Shown: positions 10,017-20,166 of the stretch, in pieces
Layout of the letters: every line of letters begins with the position of its first letter
Numbering within the stretch: the first letter of the stretch is position 1
Assembly: GCA_016780665.1 (NCBI GenBank)
Contig: JADHLM010000001.1
Coordinates: forward strand, 1-50,664
Reading direction: 5' to 3'
DNA from: Hyphomicrobiales bacterium
GTDB lineage: Bacteria > Pseudomonadota > Alphaproteobacteria > Rhizobiales > TMED25
Length of the DNA: 50,664 bases
Program-made: the position numbers and the translations under genes
Notes under the pieces: model-generated
Told to the model about the DNA's origin: nothing
Seen by the model: the letters and a program-made list of their open reading frames with translations, nothing else
The model's database searches: none

Positions 10017-11006
10017 TTAGTTTTCTAATATTATTCTTTTTCTATTTCTTCCAGCAATCATTAATTCTGCTCTATTTAAAGCATCAGTGATAGAAATTTT
10101 CTCTGTAAATTGCAGAATATCTTTCGCATCAATTAAATCAAATAGATTATCCCATACATCTCTCCTCTTTTGTTTAGGACAAAAAGATGAGTCAATGCCT
10201 ATCAGTTTAATGCCTCTCAGAATGAAAGGGGCAACATTACTATTTAGATTTAATCCTAGAACTTGACCACAAACTGATACAACACCGGCCCTCTTCGTTT
10301 GTGTGATAATATTCTCTAAAATATTACCACCAACTACATCAACAGCTCCTGCCCATAATTCTTTTGAAAGCATCTTTGGTTTATCCATAAAATCTTGAGC
10401 ATCAAGTATTTCAATAGATCCAAATTCCTCTAAATAGGACCTATTTTCTTTTTTCCGTGATGTAACAACAGATACTTCATATCCATATTTTAATAATAAT
10501 TTAACTGCAATCCCACCAACAGCTCCTGATGGACCAGTTACTAGGATTTTTCCATCGCAAGGTGTAATATTATTCTCAATTATACTTTTCACAGCTAGAC
10601 CAGCCGTAAGTCCAGCAGTACCCAAACCCATGACATTATCATAGGTATAATGATCTGGTATTTTGATTAATTTCTTTTCTTCAAATGAGCAGTGAGAAGA
10701 TAAACCACCATGGTACAATTCACCAAGTCCCCAACCAGTTGTGAAAACTTTGTCTCCTTCTTTTATATATTTTCCTTTTGATTTAATAACTACTCCACTA
10801 AAATCTATTCCAGGTATAAGAGGAAAGTTTCTAATTATTCGAGCAGTTCCTGTTAGTGCAAGGGCATCCTTATAGTTAATCGCAGAATTTTTTATTTCAA
10901 CCGTTACCTCATTATCAAGATATTTGTATCCATCAAGCTCAAGATATTGTGCTTTTGTAGTTTCTCGCTCTTGGGTAATGAGCCATGCATTAATAGTTTT
11001 TGGCAT
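10017..11006 (-). CDS. acuI: YhdH/YhfP-family quinone oxidoreductase (acrylyl-CoA reductase AcuI-like)
   Basis: 329 aa. The block NYKDALALTGTARIIRNFPLIPGIDFSGVV is nearly identical to the E. coli YhdH block [30 protein letters not shown] as I remember it. A GPSGAVGG NADPH fold is present. Confidence 0.85.
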   Translation of the reverse strand: MPKTINAWLITQERETTKAQYLELDGYKYLDNEVTVEIKNSAINYKDALALTGTARIIRNFPLIPGIDFSGVVIKSKGKYIKEGDKVFTTGWGLGELYHGGLSSHCSFEEKKLIKIPDHYTYDNVMGLGTAGLTAGLAVKSIIENNITPCDGKILVTGPSGAVGGIAVKLLLKYGYEVSVVTSRKKENRSYLEEFGSIEILDAQDFMDKPKMLSKELWAGAVDVVGGNILENIITQTKRAGVVSVCGQVLGLNLNSNVAPFILRGIKLIGIDSSFCPKQKRRDVWDNLFDLIDAKDILQFTEKISITDALNRAELMIAGRNRKRIILEN

Positions 11007-11081
11007 ATTAATATTTTTAAAAATGATATTTCATATATAATTTAATATATAATAGATAAAATATTTTTAAAAAAATTAAAC

Positions 11082-11843
11082 ATGGATCTTTTATCAAATA
11101 GAGAAGTTATTGAAATATCGGGTAATGACTCAATTTCTTTTTTACAAAACATTGTTACAAATGACGTGACAGAAATTAATTTAAAGAAAATAATTCATTC
11201 ATTTCTTCTCACAAGTAAAGGCAAAATCTTATTTGATTTCTACTTACATAAATTTGAAGAGAAGATTTTAGTTGATATAGATAGAAAATTTTCTGAGGAA
11301 CTATTAAAATATCTATTTTTTTATAAACTTAGAAGTGATGTCAGACTCGATAGGTTAAATAATCTATTTGTGTACTGGACGCAGCAAAATATAAGCCATC
11401 CAAAAGATCCAAGAAATCCTGACAATGGAACGAGGTTTGTTAATTATAAATTAATGGGTGATAACATAAATGCAACTGAAGATGACTATGATGATAATAG
11501 AATTTTTAATTCCGTAGTCGAATTAGGAAAGGATTATTATTCGGATACAATATTTCCACATGAATTACCATATTATACTAAATCAATTTCATTCAAAAAG
11601 GGGTGTTTTATTGGGCAAGAGATTATTTCTAGAGTATTCCATCAAAAAGCACTTTCAAAAAAAACCTTCACAAGGTTACCTTTTAAAGGAAAACCACAAC
11701 CCCCTGGCACCCCCCTAATGGATAGCCACAAACAGATTGGATTTTATGGTACGCAATCTAACAATTATTGTTTGGTATATATTGATAGAGCGTTATCGGA
11801 ACCAGATATGTATCTAATTGATGGTGAACTTAAAACTAAATGA
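11082..11843 (+). CDS. ygfZ: YgfZ/GcvT-like folate-binding protein (Fe-S cluster/tRNA modification-related)
   Basis: 253 aa with an N-terminal GcvT-like fold (ISGNDSISFLQNIVTNDV) and the diagnostic KGCFIGQE motif. Confidence 0.8.
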   Translation: MDLLSNREVIEISGNDSISFLQNIVTNDVTEINLKKIIHSFLLTSKGKILFDFYLHKFEEKILVDIDRKFSEELLKYLFFYKLRSDVRLDRLNNLFVYWTQQNISHPKDPRNPDNGTRFVNYKLMGDNINATEDDYDDNRIFNSVVELGKDYYSDTIFPHELPYYTKSISFKKGCFIGQEIISRVFHQKALSKKTFTRLPFKGKPQPPGTPLMDSHKQIGFYGTQSNNYCLVYIDRALSEPDMYLIDGELKTK

Positions 11844-11930
11844 TCAATTATTGAGCTTTGAATTTTTTTTTTAAATTAATAAAAATTTTATCTTATTTTA
11901 CTAAACTATAATTGTTTTTAGGTACGATTG

Positions 11931-11950
11931 TATATATATATATAGAGAGA
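11931..11950. repeat. Dinucleotide microsatellite (TA)7(GA)3
   Basis: TATATATATATATAGAGAGA read directly from the sequence. It lies in the 147-nt ygfZ-nadA spacer, about 40 nt upstream of the nadA start. Confidence 0.9.
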
Positions 11951-11990
11951 ATAAAATTAAGGTTCTTTAAAAGATAAAGAGATAACTTAC

Positions 11991-13013
11991 TTGACATCAA
12001 TGACAAATTTACCAAATCTTGAATTCACTGCTGAATTAGCAATAGAAATGCAACCTTATTACGAGAAGGTTAGGAGAGTTATTCCAGAAATAGAATGGCC
12101 TATGCATGCTCCATATATTAAAGCCATAAATGATATCAAAAAAGAAAAGAATGCTGTTTTACTAGTACATAACTATCAAACACCAGAAATTTATCATTGT
12201 GTTGCAGATTTTGTTGGAGATAGCTTGGCGCTATCAAAAGAAGCAGCGCGTACAGATGCAGATATAATAGTACAATGTGGTGTTCATTTTATGGCTGAAA
12301 CATCAAAAATATTAAATCCAGATAAGATTGTACTTTCACCAGATTTAAATGCAGGTTGTTCCCTTGCTGAATCAATTACTGCAGATGATGTTAGATCTTT
12401 AAAAACAAAGTATCCTGGAATACCAGTGGTGACCTATGTCAATACTTCTGCTGAAGTCAAAGCTGAGTCAGATATTTGCTGTACCTCAGGAAACGCAAGG
12501 AGGGTGATTGAATCTCTTGGAGTTAATAAAGTGATATTTATTCCTGACAAATATTTAGCACAAAATATTGCAAATGAGACTGATATAGAGATTATTACAT
12601 GGGATACTGGCAGTTGTGAAGTTCACGAACTATTCACTCCAAATGATTTAATTGAAGCAAGAGAAAACGAAGACGATCTAAAAATTATTGCTCATCCTGA
12701 GTGTCCACCTGATGTTATTAAAGAAGCTGATTTTTCTGGATCAACTGCAAATATGATCAGTTGGGTAACGAATAATAAGCCTAAAAAAGTTATGATGGTA
12801 ACAGAATGCTCAATGAGTGATAACATTGCAGCTGAAAATCCAGAGGTAGAATTTGTAAGACCATGCAATTTATGCCCACATATGAAGAAGATAACATTGC
12901 CAAAAATTCTTGATAATCTTATTTATCTGAATAATGAGATCAAAATTGATCCTATTATTGCAAAAAAGGCATTCAACGCAGTAGATAGAATGATAAAATT
13001 AGATATATCATAA
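11991..13013 (+). CDS. nadA: Quinolinate synthase
   Basis: 340 aa with VHNYQ, VHFMAETSKILNP, TYVNTSAEVKA, HPECP and MVTECSM blocks. The start is either TTG 11991 or ATG 12000. Confidence 0.95.
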   Translation: MTSMTNLPNLEFTAELAIEMQPYYEKVRRVIPEIEWPMHAPYIKAINDIKKEKNAVLLVHNYQTPEIYHCVADFVGDSLALSKEAARTDADIIVQCGVHFMAETSKILNPDKIVLSPDLNAGCSLAESITADDVRSLKTKYPGIPVVTYVNTSAEVKAESDICCTSGNARRVIESLGVNKVIFIPDKYLAQNIANETDIEIITWDTGSCEVHELFTPNDLIEARENEDDLKIIAHPECPPDVIKEADFSGSTANMISWVTNNKPKKVMMVTECSMSDNIAAENPEVEFVRPCNLCPHMKKITLPKILDNLIYLNNEIKIDPIIAKKAFNAVDRMIKLDIS

Positions 13014-13024
13014 GGTATATTCTA

Positions 13025-14545
13025 GTGAACTCACTGAATAATAGCATAGTAATTGTTGGCGCAGGACTGGCTGGTTTGTTTACAGCAATTAAACTAGCGC
13101 CTCTAAATGTAGTAATTGTTGCATCAAAAAAATTAGGTTCTGGTACATCAAGCCAATGGGCTCAGGCAGGCATTGCAGCCGCAATGGGAAAATCTGACTC
13201 AATTTCATCGCATCTCAAAGATACAATTGATGTTGGGGGTGGTATTGTAGATAAAAAAATAGCTGAACTAGTTGTAACTAATGGTCCAAATAGGGTTAAT
13301 GATTTAATCGCCCTCGGTGTCCCATTTGATAAAGACACGAATAATGAGTTAATTCTTAGAAAAGAAGCGGCACATCAACATAATAGAATTGTTTCTGTTA
13401 GAGGAGATATGACGGGAAAGAAAATCATGGAGACCCTCACTCAGATTGTAAAAAAATCGGATCACATCCGGATTATTGAAGGATACAATGCTACAGAGCT
13501 TCATCAAATTGACGGTAAAATTGAAGGAATAAGTATACAAAAAGATAATAAAGTTGAGTTGTTTAATTCAAATTGTGTTGTATTAGCAACAGGAGGAATT
13601 GGCCAGTTATATAAAATAACAACCAACTCAAAAGAAGCACTTGGTGATGGAGTTGGAATGGCAGCACGAGCTGGAGCCGTTTTGTCGGACATGGAATTTG
13701 TTCAATTCCATCCAACCGCTTTCGATATTGGCATTGATCCTGCTCCTCTTGCAACTGAAGCTCTGCGCGGTGAAGGAGCATTAATAGTAAATTCAAAAGA
13801 TGAAAGATTTATCTACCAAAGTCATAAAGATGGTGAACTGGCACCTCGTGACATTGTTTCAAGGTCAATTTTTCAGGAGCAACAAAATGGCCAAAAAGTT
13901 TTTCTAGATTGTAGGGGTGATTTGGGTAAGAGGATGATTAACGATTTCCCAACTGTTTATCAATTATGTAGAAATTCGGGCATAAATCCTAGTGAAGATA
14001 AGATTCCCATATCACCCGCCGCACACTATCATATGGGTGGTATATTAACTGATGAGGATGGAAAAACAAATATTGAAGGACTTTATGCTTGCGGTGAAAA
14101 CGCATGTAGTGGTGTACATGGGGCAAATAGACTTGCATCAAACTCACTCTTAGAAGCTATTGTATTTGGGGATATAATATCAAAAAATATAAAAGAAAAT
14201 ACAAACAAATCAATGTCTAATAGAGAAGTTAGAATAACATTGTCTAAGTCCAAGTCCCTATCTCAACTAAAACTTCAAGAATTGAGATCCATTATGACTG
14301 AATTTGTTGGTGTAGAAAGAGATCAAGAAGGATTAAAAAAAGCCTATAACATTGTTAAAGATATGCATAGTGAATATGCCTTAGATGGATTTATAAATAA
14401 TAGTTTGATAACATCCCTATTAATTATACAATCAGCATTAAAAAGAGAAGAACACAGAGGAAGTCACTATCGAAAAGATTTTCCAAAATTAAATCAGAAA
14501 CTTAACTCTAGAAGTTTTATAACTTATAACGATCTTGAATTATGA
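13025..14545 (+). CDS. nadB: L-aspartate oxidase
   Basis: 506 aa starting at GTG, with no in-frame ATG before the fold. It has the VIVGAGLAGL FAD motif, FVQFHPT, ATEALRGEGA, and GVHGANRLASNSLLE. Confidence 0.95.
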   Translation: MNSLNNSIVIVGAGLAGLFTAIKLAPLNVVIVASKKLGSGTSSQWAQAGIAAAMGKSDSISSHLKDTIDVGGGIVDKKIAELVVTNGPNRVNDLIALGVPFDKDTNNELILRKEAAHQHNRIVSVRGDMTGKKIMETLTQIVKKSDHIRIIEGYNATELHQIDGKIEGISIQKDNKVELFNSNCVVLATGGIGQLYKITTNSKEALGDGVGMAARAGAVLSDMEFVQFHPTAFDIGIDPAPLATEALRGEGALIVNSKDERFIYQSHKDGELAPRDIVSRSIFQEQQNGQKVFLDCRGDLGKRMINDFPTVYQLCRNSGINPSEDKIPISPAAHYHMGGILTDEDGKTNIEGLYACGENACSGVHGANRLASNSLLEAIVFGDIISKNIKENTNKSMSNREVRITLSKSKSLSQLKLQELRSIMTEFVGVERDQEGLKKAYNIVKDMHSEYALDGFINNSLITSLLIIQSALKREEHRGSHYRKDFPKLNQKLNSRSFITYNDLEL

Positions 14546-15393
14546 GCAAAATTATGAATATACCAAATCATATCCTCTCACCGCTGGTAGAAAATGCTCT
14601 CAATGAGGATTTTGGTTCGTTTGGTGATCTCACAAGTATTTCCTTTCAAGATTCTGATAAAGAACTAACTGCATCCATAAGCTCAAATCAAGATGGAGTT
14701 ATTTCAGGCTTGCTATGTGCTAAAATGGTTTTTAATAAAATCGACAACACATTAAATTTTATGCCACAAGTTAAAGATGCTGATTTTGTTAAATCCGGAA
14801 CTGAAATTGCAAAAATTCAGGGGAATGCTTATTCTATTCTTGCTGGCGAAAGAACTGCATTAAATTTCTTAGGACATCTTTCTGGAATATCATCAGAGAC
14901 ATATAAATTAGTTCAGATGATTTCTGATACAAAGGCATTAATTCTGTCGACAAGAAAGACCACACCCGGTCTACGTGTACTTGAAAAATATGCCGTTAAA
15001 TGTGGTGGCGGTCAAAACCACAGATTTGGTCTAGACTATGGTATCCTTATTAAGGATAACCATATTAAAGCAGCAGGAAGTATCAGTAAGGCAGTAGAAC
15101 TGACTCTAAATAACAAACCCTATTTATCTGAAATTGAAGTTGAAGTAGATACAGTTGAACAATTTAAGGAATGCCAAGAGCTCGGTATAAAATATATATT
15201 ATTAGATAATATGACTCCTGAGCAGATAGAGGAATGTATCAAATACAATAAAAACAACTCTGTTCTTGAAGCCTCAGGTGGAATTACTTCAAACACAATA
15301 CAGGGTATTGCAAGAACTGGAGTAAATTATATATCCATTGGAAGATTAACTCACTCGTCACCTGCGCTTGATTTAAGTTTGCATATTCTCTAA
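14542..15393 (+). CDS. nadC: Nicotinate-nucleotide diphosphorylase (carboxylating)
   Basis: 283 aa with ERTALNFLGHLSGI, TRKTTPGLR, KDNHI and LDNM motifs. It shares 4 nt with nadB. Confidence 0.95.
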   Translation: MSKIMNIPNHILSPLVENALNEDFGSFGDLTSISFQDSDKELTASISSNQDGVISGLLCAKMVFNKIDNTLNFMPQVKDADFVKSGTEIAKIQGNAYSILAGERTALNFLGHLSGISSETYKLVQMISDTKALILSTRKTTPGLRVLEKYAVKCGGGQNHRFGLDYGILIKDNHIKAAGSISKAVELTLNNKPYLSEIEVEVDTVEQFKECQELGIKYILLDNMTPEQIEECIKYNKNNSVLEASGGITSNTIQGIARTGVNYISIGRLTHSSPALDLSLHIL

Positions 15394-18057
15394 AAACTTT
15401 TTTTTAATTTCAGCTTGCGCAGCAGCTAGACGGGCTATAGGAACTCTATATGGAGAACACGAAACATAATCTAAATTATTATTTGCACAAAAGATAATTG
15501 ATTTAGGATCACCACCATGCTCACCGCATATACCAAGTTTAATACCAGGTTTAATCCTTCTACCTCTTTCTGCAGAAATTTTTACTAATTCACCCACGCC
15601 CTCTATATCAATTGATACAAAAGGATCCTTCTCAAGGATATTTTTATCAACATATTCCTGAAGAAACTTTGAAGAGTCATCCCTACTTATCCCAAAAGTA
15701 GTTTGTGTCAGGTCATTGGTCCCATATGAAAAGAAATCGGCAACTTCGGCTATTTCATCAGACTTTAGGGCTGCCCGAGGGAGCTCAATCATTGTACCAA
15801 CAGTATAATTTAGTTCGATTTTATGCTCATACATGACGTCTTGAGCTGCTTTATCGATCACTCTCTTAACAATCTCAAGTTCCTTTCTGGATGTGATTAG
15901 AGGTACCATTATTTCTGGACAAATTATATTTTTAGTCTTGTTATAAATTTCTACGCTTGCTTCAAAAATGGCCTTTGCTTGCATTTCAGGTATTTCTGGG
16001 TATGTAATCGCCAGTCTACAACCACGATGACCTAACATAGGATTAGTTTCAATAAGTTCAGTAACTCTATCTTTCAAATTTTCAACCGATGTATTAAGAG
16101 AAGCTGCAACTTCTTCAAAATCATTTTCCTCATGCGGTAAGAATTCATGTAATGGTGGGTCAAGCAATCTTATAGTTACTGGCAAGTCACCCATAACCTC
16201 AAATAACTCAATAAAATCATTCTTTTGCATTGGCAACAACTTAGACAAGGCAACCCTCCTTGCTTGCTCATCTGTTGCTAGAATCATTTCTCTAACAGAA
16301 TTTATTCTACCTTCATCAAAAAACATATGTTCAGTTCGGCATAACCCTATACCTTCGGCACCAAAATTCTTTGCAACACTAGCATCAAGTTTTGTTTCTG
16401 CATTAGCACGAATTTTTAGCTTACGAATATCATCTGCCCATTTCATTATTTTTTCAAAATCACCTGATAGGTCAGGGTCCTTCATTTTGACTTCACCGCT
16501 GATAATATTACCATTTGTACCATCAATTGTTATTATATCTCCTGACTTAAATTTCTTATTGCCAACTATAAATAACTCATTTTCATAATCAATTCTTATA
16601 GATCCTGCACCCGAGATACATGGCCTGCCCATACCCCGAGCTACAACTGCTGCATGACTTGTCATTCCTCCACGGGTTGTAAGTATTCCTTGTGCTGCAT
16701 GCATGCCATGTATATCCTCTGGACTTGTCTCGATCCTTGTTAGGATAACTTTTTCGCCGTCGTTTGAAGCTTTCTCTGCATCATCTGCGTTAAAAACTAT
16801 TTTACCCGAAGCAGCCCCAGGTGATGCGGGTAAACCAGTGGCAATTATGTTTAGTTCTTCGCTTTCATCAATTGTGGGATGAAGTAATTGGTCAAGGCTA
16901 CTTGGGTCTACCCTTGAAATTGCAATTTCTTTTGAAATCACTCCTTGTTCATACATATCAACTGCTATCTTAATAGCAGCAGAAGTTGTTCTTTTACCCG
17001 AACGTGTTTGTAATATCCATAGTTTTCCTTGTTGAATTGTAAATTCAATGTCTTGCATATCAAGATAGTGTTTTTCAAGTTTATTTGCTAACCCAATCAA
17101 GTCTTGATAAATATTTGGCATAAGTTTTTCGAGCGATACAGCATCAGAATTTGCCTCTATTCTTGCCTCTTCAGTTATATTCTGTGGTGTACGAATACCT
17201 GCTACTACATCTTCACCTTGAGCATTTATTAGAAATTCTCCATAAAATTTATTCTCACCATTTGATGGGTTTCTTGTAAAAGCAACACCCGTAGCACTGT
17301 TGTCATCTAAATTACCAAATACCATGGCTTGAACATTTACAGCTGTACCCCAATGATCTGGAATATCATTTAATTTTCGGTATGTAATCGCTCTATTATT
17401 CTGCCATGATAGAAATACGGATGATATAGACCCCCATAGCTGCTCATTAACATCTTGTGGGAAATCTTTTCCAATCACTTCTTTTACTTTTTCTTTATAT
17501 AATGAGACTATTGATTTCCAATCAGCACCATTTAAATCTGTATCTAGTAAGTAATTATTTTCAGCTTTATAATCCTCAAGTATATCTTCAAAATAATGGT
17601 GCTCTATATTTAAAACAACATCAGAATACATTTGGATAAATCTTCTATATGAGTCATAGGCAAACCTCTCATCTCCGCTTTTTTTGGCTAGCCCAATAAC
17701 AGTTTTATCATTAAGACCAAGATTGAGAACTGTATCTAACATACCTGGCATTGATGATCTTGCACCAGACCTTACAGAGACTAACAGTGGGTCCTCATTA
17801 GAACCAAATTTGTTATCTACTAGACTTTCTATTTTGGCAATTGCATCAGCAACCTGTTCATCTAAATCATCAGGGAAATTTTTGTTATTTGCATAAAACT
17901 CGTTACAAACTTCTGTAGTAATAGTAAACCCAGGAGGAACTGGTAGACCCAGTTTAGACATTTCTGCAAGGTTAGCACCCTTACCACCTAGGAGATTACG
18001 CATATCTGCGTCACCGTCAGTCATTTCCTTGCTAAAAACATATACCCATTTACTCAT
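15373..18057 (-). CDS. ppdK: Pyruvate, phosphate dikinase
   Basis: 894 aa with N-terminal LLGGKGANLAEM, the phosphohistidine loop TRGGMTSHAAVVARGMG, and a C-terminal PEP-utilising TIM barrel (GLCRTEHMF, FSYGTNDLTQ, CGEHGGDP). Confidence 0.97.
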   Translation of the reverse strand: MSKWVYVFSKEMTDGDADMRNLLGGKGANLAEMSKLGLPVPPGFTITTEVCNEFYANNKNFPDDLDEQVADAIAKIESLVDNKFGSNEDPLLVSVRSGARSSMPGMLDTVLNLGLNDKTVIGLAKKSGDERFAYDSYRRFIQMYSDVVLNIEHHYFEDILEDYKAENNYLLDTDLNGADWKSIVSLYKEKVKEVIGKDFPQDVNEQLWGSISSVFLSWQNNRAITYRKLNDIPDHWGTAVNVQAMVFGNLDDNSATGVAFTRNPSNGENKFYGEFLINAQGEDVVAGIRTPQNITEEARIEANSDAVSLEKLMPNIYQDLIGLANKLEKHYLDMQDIEFTIQQGKLWILQTRSGKRTTSAAIKIAVDMYEQGVISKEIAISRVDPSSLDQLLHPTIDESEELNIIATGLPASPGAASGKIVFNADDAEKASNDGEKVILTRIETSPEDIHGMHAAQGILTTRGGMTSHAAVVARGMGRPCISGAGSIRIDYENELFIVGNKKFKSGDIITIDGTNGNIISGEVKMKDPDLSGDFEKIMKWADDIRKLKIRANAETKLDASVAKNFGAEGIGLCRTEHMFFDEGRINSVREMILATDEQARRVALSKLLPMQKNDFIELFEVMGDLPVTIRLLDPPLHEFLPHEENDFEEVAASLNTSVENLKDRVTELIETNPMLGHRGCRLAITYPEIPEMQAKAIFEASVEIYNKTKNIICPEIMVPLITSRKELEIVKRVIDKAAQDVMYEHKIELNYTVGTMIELPRAALKSDEIAEVADFFSYGTNDLTQTTFGISRDDSSKFLQEYVDKNILEKDPFVSIDIEGVGELVKISAERGRRIKPGIKLGICGEHGGDPKSIIFCANNNLDYVSCSPYRVPIARLAAAQAEIKKKFLENMQT

Positions 18058-18074
18058 AATATATCCTTTAGGTT

Positions 18075-20153
18075 TTATTTTATATCAACTAGTTTTAAAT
18101 CTACAATGTATTGCAAAAGAAACAAAACTGAAGCCAATAGATTTATTCTATTGGTTTTAATTTTTTCATCTTCATGATTTACAACCACATTATCAAAAAA
18201 ATTATTAATTTCAGGAGTCAGAATTGACAGCTGGTACAAAAAATTCTTTGCTTCATTTATATCATCAGATTTAATATTTTGTTTAGTAAGTTTTTGTATG
18301 CCTGTGTATAAATTATTTTCTTCTTCTTTTTGAAATAAATTGACTGAAATATCTTCAAATTTAGTATCCAAATAGTCACCATCAATAATATTTTTTATCC
18401 TATTTAAGGATCTAAAAAGTTCTTTCCCTTCAGTTGTCTGGACAAAATCATTAATCATCTTAATTTTTGAGTTTATTCTGTAAAAATTAGATGTTTTATC
18501 AGCCGCTATTATTGCATTAGAGATCTGAATATCAATTTGTTGGTCACTTAGAAGAGTTCTGAACCTATCAACTAAGAACTCAACTAAATCTGAAGAAAGT
18601 GAACGTGCATCACCTTGATTACATATATTTGTCTCTATAAATAATTCTTCGATTAAATGATCAAAATTTAAATCCAGGTTGTTCACAATAATATTTCTAA
18701 TTATACCGTTACCAGATCTTCTCAGCGCATATGGATCTTTTGAGCCTGTTGGCTTCTCACCAATTGACCAAAAACAAACTAAATTATCAAGTTTATCTGC
18801 TAAAGATAAAATATAAGATAAATAATTAGTCGGAACTTTATCCTGAGGAGAATTTGGAAGATAATGTTCAGAGATGGCATCACAAACACTCTTATCGTAT
18901 CCCTGATTTAGCGCATAATATCTTCCCATTACACCTTGTAGCTCAGGAAATTCACCGACCATTTCTGTTAAAAGATCATTCTTGATAAGTTTTGACGCCA
19001 ATATGATGTTTTCATCTTTTATATTTAGAATGGTTGATATTTTCTGAGCAATGTTTCCAATTCGTTCAATCTTATTTGATAAAGTGCCTATCTGCTTATG
19101 AAAAGTTACATTTTCAAGCAATTCACTTTTTTCAATAAGGGGTTGTGCATTATCACGATCCCAAAAATATTTAGCATCATATAATCTTGCCGATAATACT
19201 CTTTCATTTCCATTGATAATGAATTTACCTTTATCCATTGAGTCAATATTTGACACCAAAATGAATTTGTTAGTAATTTTACCTGTCTTATTATCAACAA
19301 CGGAAAAATACTTTTGGTGGCTTTTCATTGATGTAATCAATACTTCTTTGGGAAGTTCAAGAAATGCTTCTTCAAAATTCCCTATGTGAACAATTGGCCA
19401 CTCAACTAATCCTGATACTTCATCCAGCAAATCTTCATCCATCAGAATTTTTAAGTCATATCGCCGCTCTATTTGCTCTAGTTGAGATAGTATCTCATTT
19501 TTTCTATCATCTACATCCAGCATCACATAGTTTTTATGTAATTCTTCTAAATAATTATTTATAGATTTGATTGATATTTGATTATTTTTAAGGAACCTAT
19601 GCCCATAAGTGTAATTATTAGAGCTAATATCATCAATATCAAAATCTACTAGAATAATTTTTGTTTTATCAAATATTAGAGCAAGAATATTTCTAAGAGG
19701 TCTTACCCAACGGAGACTTCCATTACCCCACCTCATTGATTTTGGCCATGGGAATTTAGTAATTATCTCTGTAATAATTACGGGAAGTATTTCCGGTGCA
19801 AACTTTGATGGAATTTTTTGGGTAAATTGATATCTATCACCTTTTTTATCATTGATTATGGTACAATCTTTAGTTGATTTTGCACCACATGATCTTAAAA
19901 AACCATCAATCGCAATTTTTGGAGCATCAACTCGTGGACCAAGCTTCTCAACTTCGATCTCCTCACTATATAGCTCAATTTCTTCTACAATTATTGTTAA
20001 TCTTCGTGATGAATAAAATGATCTAATTTTTTCATATTTTAATCCAATTTCACTTATCTTTTGAATAAATTCATTCTCAAGATGCTTGGAAGCATTTTTT
20101 TGCATTCTTGAAGGTATTTCCTCAGATAAAAGTTCTAGGACAAAGTTAGCCAT
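18075..20153 (-). CDS. glyS: Glycine--tRNA ligase beta subunit
   Basis: 692 aa with N-terminal LLELLSEEIP, MRWG and GEFPELQGVMGRYYA blocks. It lies immediately downstream of glyQ. Confidence 0.96.
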   Translation of the reverse strand: MANFVLELLSEEIPSRMQKNASKHLENEFIQKISEIGLKYEKIRSFYSSRRLTIIVEEIELYSEEIEVEKLGPRVDAPKIAIDGFLRSCGAKSTKDCTIINDKKGDRYQFTQKIPSKFAPEILPVIITEIITKFPWPKSMRWGNGSLRWVRPLRNILALIFDKTKIILVDFDIDDISSNNYTYGHRFLKNNQISIKSINNYLEELHKNYVMLDVDDRKNEILSQLEQIERRYDLKILMDEDLLDEVSGLVEWPIVHIGNFEEAFLELPKEVLITSMKSHQKYFSVVDNKTGKITNKFILVSNIDSMDKGKFIINGNERVLSARLYDAKYFWDRDNAQPLIEKSELLENVTFHKQIGTLSNKIERIGNIAQKISTILNIKDENIILASKLIKNDLLTEMVGEFPELQGVMGRYYALNQGYDKSVCDAISEHYLPNSPQDKVPTNYLSYILSLADKLDNLVCFWSIGEKPTGSKDPYALRRSGNGIIRNIIVNNLDLNFDHLIEELFIETNICNQGDARSLSSDLVEFLVDRFRTLLSDQQIDIQISNAIIAADKTSNFYRINSKIKMINDFVQTTEGKELFRSLNRIKNIIDGDYLDTKFEDISVNLFQKEEENNLYTGIQKLTKQNIKSDDINEAKNFLYQLSILTPEINNFFDNVVVNHEDEKIKTNRINLLASVLFLLQYIVDLKLVDIK

Positions 20154-20166
20154 ATGAGCACCTACA

